Below, in pieces: positions 54,873 to 58,785 of a stretch of 58,785 bases of DNA. Under the pieces are notes generated by a model, which worked only from the letters and a program-made list of their open reading frames with translations, was not told the DNA's origin and did not search any database. This DNA is from Salisapilia sapeloensis CBS 127946 (lineage: Eukaryota > Protista > Oomycota): positions 1-58,785 of the forward strand of contig JAADVB010000105.1 of the NCBI GenBank assembly GCA_023334545.1, given 5' to 3'. Within the stretch, counting starts at the first letter, position 1. Every line of letters starts with the position of its first letter. A program made the translations under genes and the position numbers.

Positions 54873-57665
54873 TTAAAGCGAAACTTTTTCCGTCGAATCA
54901 GGCTGCTTCGGCACCGAGTACATCTCCATCTCTCTGTCATCTTGACGGTCACCACGTTTCGCCTTGTAGTTCTCCACTAGAGCAATCGTATCATCGCTGC
55001 TATCCGAGTTTTGTGACATCGCACGCTCCCGTCGGCGTTTTTCTTCCAAGTACTTGCTCGAGATACTATCGAGCGCTCCAGAGTTGTTCAGTGAGTTCGG
55101 CTCGCCGTTCCAATCAGGATCTGTGCGGAAACTGTCCATGCTCATAGGTGCCGTCTTGTTCTGATACGGATAATCTGCTTCAACTGCATCGGACGGGTCG
55201 TCGATCGATCCCTTCCCATGCCCACCACTGCCCCCAAGGCTGAGTGTGTCTTGACCGTATCCCCCGCTCTGGTCAAAGACTGGAGCAGAAGACCTTGGAT
55301 GGAAGCTCCCGGACGACGCAAAGGAGTCCATGTCCGATTCATTCCGGAATCTGCCTGTATAGAACGAGTCTGCGTCAGATCCATGCGCTGGTCGTTCCAA
55401 CGATGATCGATAGTGTCCTGCATTCGTGTTCAAAGCCGACAGATGCAGCGTCGAGTTCGCGTCGCTGTCGCTTCGATAGCGTGGACTGCCGTTTACGTTC
55501 ATTCCTGGATTATAATACCCCTCTGCCGAAGCATACGAGTCCGTATCCGACTGACGAGCTTCAAAGAAGCTCGGACCAGGCTCTTCTCCAGCCAATGATG
55601 GGAACCTTCCGCCGGACTCCCACGGGCTAAAGCGTCTTTCAAGAGACGAACGTCTATCAACTGTAGACGCAGCTGACGGACGACCGTACCAGTCTCGGAA
55701 CTGCGTGCTGTCAAAGCTAGCGTGAGGATTAAGCTCTTCCGCAGGTTCTCTCGCTGTCTGCATCAAAGAGGTGTCAGGCTCCACAGCCTTGGAAGTCGCT
55801 AATGAAGGATAGTCTCGATTCTCGCTCCGATTTGCTGACGACGCATGTACAGACGCAAGTGAAGGTTGATTAGACGTCCTCGCCGGTTGGACTTCCATAT
55901 CGTCGATATCAATGTCCGGAGTACTCCGCTGCGGTGTCAGCTCATATCCTCCACTCGAATGCTTCTGTCCATACGACGAATTCGTTGGACAGCTATCAGA
56001 ATACTCGTGCGGATTAAAGTACGCAGCTGGTGGAGGAAGGAACGAGTCTTCGCTACCTGTCCTACGGCTACTTCTAGACATTTGCTTTTGTTTTTGCTCC
56101 TGATACGACATATCTGTCGGTTTTTGATGGTTCCCTGGACTCGTTACTTGGAGATAGTGACTGTCATCACCACGTTCGAGTTGCACATCTGTACTTACGT
56201 CCTTGGTATAGCTTCGATGTGAACAAGCACGTACGATCTTGGCGATGGTGCTGTAGATCTGTCGGATGATCAACAGTCCGAAGATCACGAGATTAAGACC
56301 GATGACGACGTACGCGACGTTATCTCGGACGTGCTGAGGGAAATAGTCATCACGCACGAGCATGAGGATCATACATAGCAACGCAAGTTTTAGGAAAGTA
56401 GCCGTGGCGCCAATGTAGAAGAGGAAACGAAGGAGATTCGGCTCTCGAATGACGACGAGGACGAGGTACACGAGGTACACACCGAGGAGACTGATGATCT
56501 GGGACGTCGGATCTTCTACGAGACCGACGATGGCACCAGTGGCAACTGCCAATGCGATGCGTGGGATAAAGAAGAAGCGATTGGAGAAGTTGTACTCATC
56601 ATAGTACGCGCTGTACTTGTTGCTAAAGGGACGCATGTCGTGCTCCATCGTCCCAATGTCCTCTAGTTCGGCTCGATTACGAGCAATGATGATCGTGCCG
56701 AGCAAAACAGCAGCTCCAACGAAAAGACAGACTACAATGATGCCGATGAGGAGAGGTGTCTTACTGGCGTTCGACTGGTGGATAAAGTAAGTGCCACTCA
56801 TCGTGATCGTGTACTGCGCCAAGAGCAGAGCGAGTAGACTGGCCCAAATGACCTTTCGATACCAAGTTACCATGAGTTCTCGCACAGATTTTTGAACAAA
56901 AAGTGCGAGGATGCAGACCCAGAAGATGAAGACGATGTGGAAGGCGGCGATCAGTGCCGCAAAGACAGAGAGCGTGTAGTAAAATAGCGATTCCGGCTCA
57001 ACATCGATCATACTGGCGTATCGCTCTGGACCAGTGAGTCCAGTCCACTGTTCGACCTCCATCAAGCGTCTCCCAGCGTCTTGACTGTTACCATAGTCCA
57101 CATTAAATGGCAAAGGAAGGTTGAAATTGGTCCATGAGAGCTCTTTCGAGAACTCCATCAAGAACGCTGGCGCTCCTTCGATCTGTAACTGCGCAATCAT
57201 GCTGATGAATTGCGCTTGCTCGACGATGTGGGTCATCTCGTAGAAGGAAGACGTAGTACTAGCCGCTGTAGCGATCGATGGAACAAGCGATGCTAGTAGC
57301 ATAGAAATTACACCCATGGCAGCTGCTGCGGCCATGGACGCTCCTGCCACGGCGGACACGGTGGTCCCAGCGCTAGTGTCTAGGAAGTGGAGACCTCCGG
57401 TGGAATTCGTCGGCCACTGCTCATTATTGCCAAGGACACACCCGGTGCAATTATGGTTTGAAAGGAATTCAGGGTCTAAGTTCGAGATGTCTGCATCCGG
57501 TTTTAGGTTCAAGAGGTCCCGAATCTGGTCTTCCCCCCACGGCACCGCGTAGTATGCAAAGATGAGAGCGAAGGCGAGTAGTGCTCCGAGGAAAAATATC
57601 AGGGACAGTAACTGGGAAAGCAGTATGCAGCCACAGCACTTGATCGACGACCCGAGCAAGCCCAT
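54873..57665 (-). CDS. Multi-pass membrane protein resembling the fungal TRP/Flc/Pkd2 family, with long Ser-rich C-terminal tail
   Basis: 930-aa intronless ORF, ATG at 57665, about 10 hydrophobic segments. HIVEQAQFISMIAQLQIEGAPAFLMEFSKELSWTNF and KYSAYYDEYNFSNRFFFIPRI resemble Flc/TRP-domain motifs. Confidence 0.7.
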   Translation of the reverse strand: MGLLGSSIKCCGCILLSQLLSLIFFLGALLAFALIFAYYAVPWGEDQIRDLLNLKPDADISNLDPEFLSNHNCTGCVLGNNEQWPTNSTGGLHFLDTSAGTTVSAVAGASMAAAAAMGVISMLLASLVPSIATAASTTSSFYEMTHIVEQAQFISMIAQLQIEGAPAFLMEFSKELSWTNFNLPLPFNVDYGNSQDAGRRLMEVEQWTGLTGPERYASMIDVEPESLFYYTLSVFAALIAAFHIVFIFWVCILALFVQKSVRELMVTWYRKVIWASLLALLLAQYTITMSGTYFIHQSNASKTPLLIGIIVVCLFVGAAVLLGTIIIARNRAELEDIGTMEHDMRPFSNKYSAYYDEYNFSNRFFFIPRIALAVATGAIVGLVEDPTSQIISLLGVYLVYLVLVVIREPNLLRFLFYIGATATFLKLALLCMILMLVRDDYFPQHVRDNVAYVVIGLNLVIFGLLIIRQIYSTIAKIVRACSHRSYTKDVSTDVQLERGDDSHYLQVTSPGNHQKPTDMSYQEQKQKQMSRSSRRTGSEDSFLPPPAAYFNPHEYSDSCPTNSSYGQKHSSGGYELTPQRSTPDIDIDDMEVQPARTSNQPSLASVHASSANRSENRDYPSLATSKAVEPDTSLMQTAREPAEELNPHASFDSTQFRDWYGRPSAASTVDRRSSLERRFSPWESGGRFPSLAGEEPGPSFFEARQSDTDSYASAEGYYNPGMNVNGSPRYRSDSDANSTLHLSALNTNAGHYRSSLERPAHGSDADSFYTGRFRNESDMDSFASSGSFHPRSSAPVFDQSGGYGQDTLSLGGSGGHGKGSIDDPSDAVEADYPYQNKTAPMSMDSFRTDPDWNGEPNSLNNSGALDSISSKYLEEKRRRERAMSQNSDSSDDTIALVENYKAKRGDRQDDREMEMYSVPKQPDSTEKVSL

Positions 57666-58031
57666 GCTTCTGGGTTACTCGCGATGGCAAATATGGAGAA
57701 GTGAGGGTATAGGCAGTCGAAGACGGGTGTCGTCATGCCGCGGTCTTCAAATTTTTACTCGAGACCAGCCTCGTCCCACTCTTATGAAATCGTTCTTCCT
57801 ATGCTTTTTTCATCCTCCACGCCATATTGTACTCCTCAAGAAGCCTTTTTTCATGCTAATCATGATACAAGATAAAATTTACGCAAGTCGAGTCAACTTC
57901 TGTAGCTAAAGACATGATGTCCATGTATGCTTGATAAAGGGAATTGATGGTCAATATTCTTCGAAGATACATACAAACCACCTGGACTCAACTCCATCTT
58001 GCGATCGACACGAGATAATTGGACGAACAAC

Positions 58032-58408
58032 ATGAGCGAGCACCCTTTCGAATGGTGAGCGACTGTAGGGAGGGACAGCGTTACTTTATGCTAAGTGGTG
58101 CTCTATACTTGTAGCGACCTATGCCTCACGTTCCCACAAGCAGTGGATGCACAGCACGCGCTACAGACGCTCGAGGTAGACGAGGAGCTACAACCGGAGA
58201 AAATTCGACGCACACTGGCCGTGGACGGCACGAACCTGAATGTGTATGTACTTGGAATCGCTTGTGCTTTATATTTTCCGCCTACTTATTCCATCGTGGT
58301 AGACGCTTCCAAGCGACAGAAGTACGCCTCTTGCGTGCCGCAGTCTCTTCGTTCTACGATATGGCGCTGCTCGTGGCTCGCACACAGCTTGAATTTAAAG
58401 AGATGTAG
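58032..58408 (+). CDS. PCC1: KEOPS/EKC complex subunit Pcc1/LAGE3, 3 exons, 85 aa
   Basis: join(58032..58054,58115..58243,58303..58408) gives MSEHPFECDLCLTFPQAVDAQHALQTLEVDEELQPEKIRRTLAVDGTNLNVRFQATEVRLLRAAVSSFYDMALLVARTQLEFKEM, a typical Pcc1 pattern. Confidence 0.9.
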
Positions 58409-58630
58409 AGCTAGCGGATGTATTGCAATGACGGATTTACATTTACGATTGCATTTATTTATTTCAGTCCGATTCACGAGTCCTTTGCTCCGTTCGAAGA
58501 GGTTTTAATCAGCCTTTCGATCGTCCCATCCAACGTGAAGTACGTGCGCGCACGCACTTCCCACCACATTTCGTCTGATATGCTATTGAACTTGATCAAG
58601 GGTACAACCACATATGAGCATGATGTCAGG

Positions 58631-58777
58631 CTAGTTCAGGTTGTTTGCTAAAATGCCAGGCAGAGTCGCAAGGATACTGATCTTCTGTCGCTCCAGTCCT
58701 GTACAAAGAAGGTGCTCTGCCCTCTTCATCTCCGATAGGTCTTCATCAACCTGGAGCTTTTCCAATTCAGAAGATGA
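58631..58777 (-). pseudogene. PPP4R4-like (PP4 regulatory subunit 4) N-terminal fragment ending in a premature stop
   Basis: Not in the ORF track. The minus strand reads SSSELEKLQVDEDLSEMKRAEHLLCTGLERQKISILATLPGILANNLN*, resembling the PPP4R4 N-terminus as I recall it (EIERLTVDEDLSDIERAVYLL...LPFL). All three frames stop within ~25 nt, and PCC1 lies ~220 nt further on. Confidence 0.5.
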
Positions 58778-58785
58778 CTAGCGAC

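Noticed and set aside
1-58785. CRISPR arrays, tRNA/rRNA genes, phage or defence operons, intact transposons, alternative genetic code
   Set aside because: No spaced direct repeats, cloverleaf or T-loop signatures, or integrase/RT/transposase motifs were seen by eye. TAA, TAG and TGA all terminate well-recognised genes. Small ncRNAs could have been missed without covariance-model searches.

Overview
This is gene-dense eukaryotic DNA, not prokaryotic. It carries about 22 protein-coding genes, many interrupted by short GT-AG spliceosomal introns (mostly 49-62 nt) that I traced by hand. An oomycete or close stramenopile is my inference from eEF3 outside fungi, TSC2, WASH/strumpellin, a SHAQKY-type Myb and an oomycete-like INR/FPR promoter motif; the species cannot be determined. 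Recognisable genes, left to right: TSC2, strumpellin, PTPA, eEF3, an aldo-keto reductase, LeuA, a P4-ATPase, a TMEM8/PGAP6-like CREST protein, a SAPS/PP6 regulatory subunit, a Myb factor, RIO2, a TRP/Flc-like membrane protein and PCC1. I saw no rRNA, tRNA, CRISPR array or intact mobile element. I did not find one self-contained new multi-gene system. The best leads are unusual protein architectures: (1) a ~2,200-aa protein joining a dynein-type microtubule-binding domain, a serine-less alpha/beta-hydrolase fold, six IQ motifs, SAM and ankyrin repeats; (2) a caspase-fold protein with an intact His/Cys dyad (visible only after splicing) fused to FN3 and ARM-like segments; (3) a secretory-pathway protein with nine ~63-aa two-cysteine repeats and an HPD-less J-domain; (4) an F-box/methyltransferase fusion; (5) a flippase with an extra N-terminal membrane domain; (6) a disrupted PPP4R4-like fragment at the right edge. 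All family assignments come from motif recognition by eye; no database search was run.
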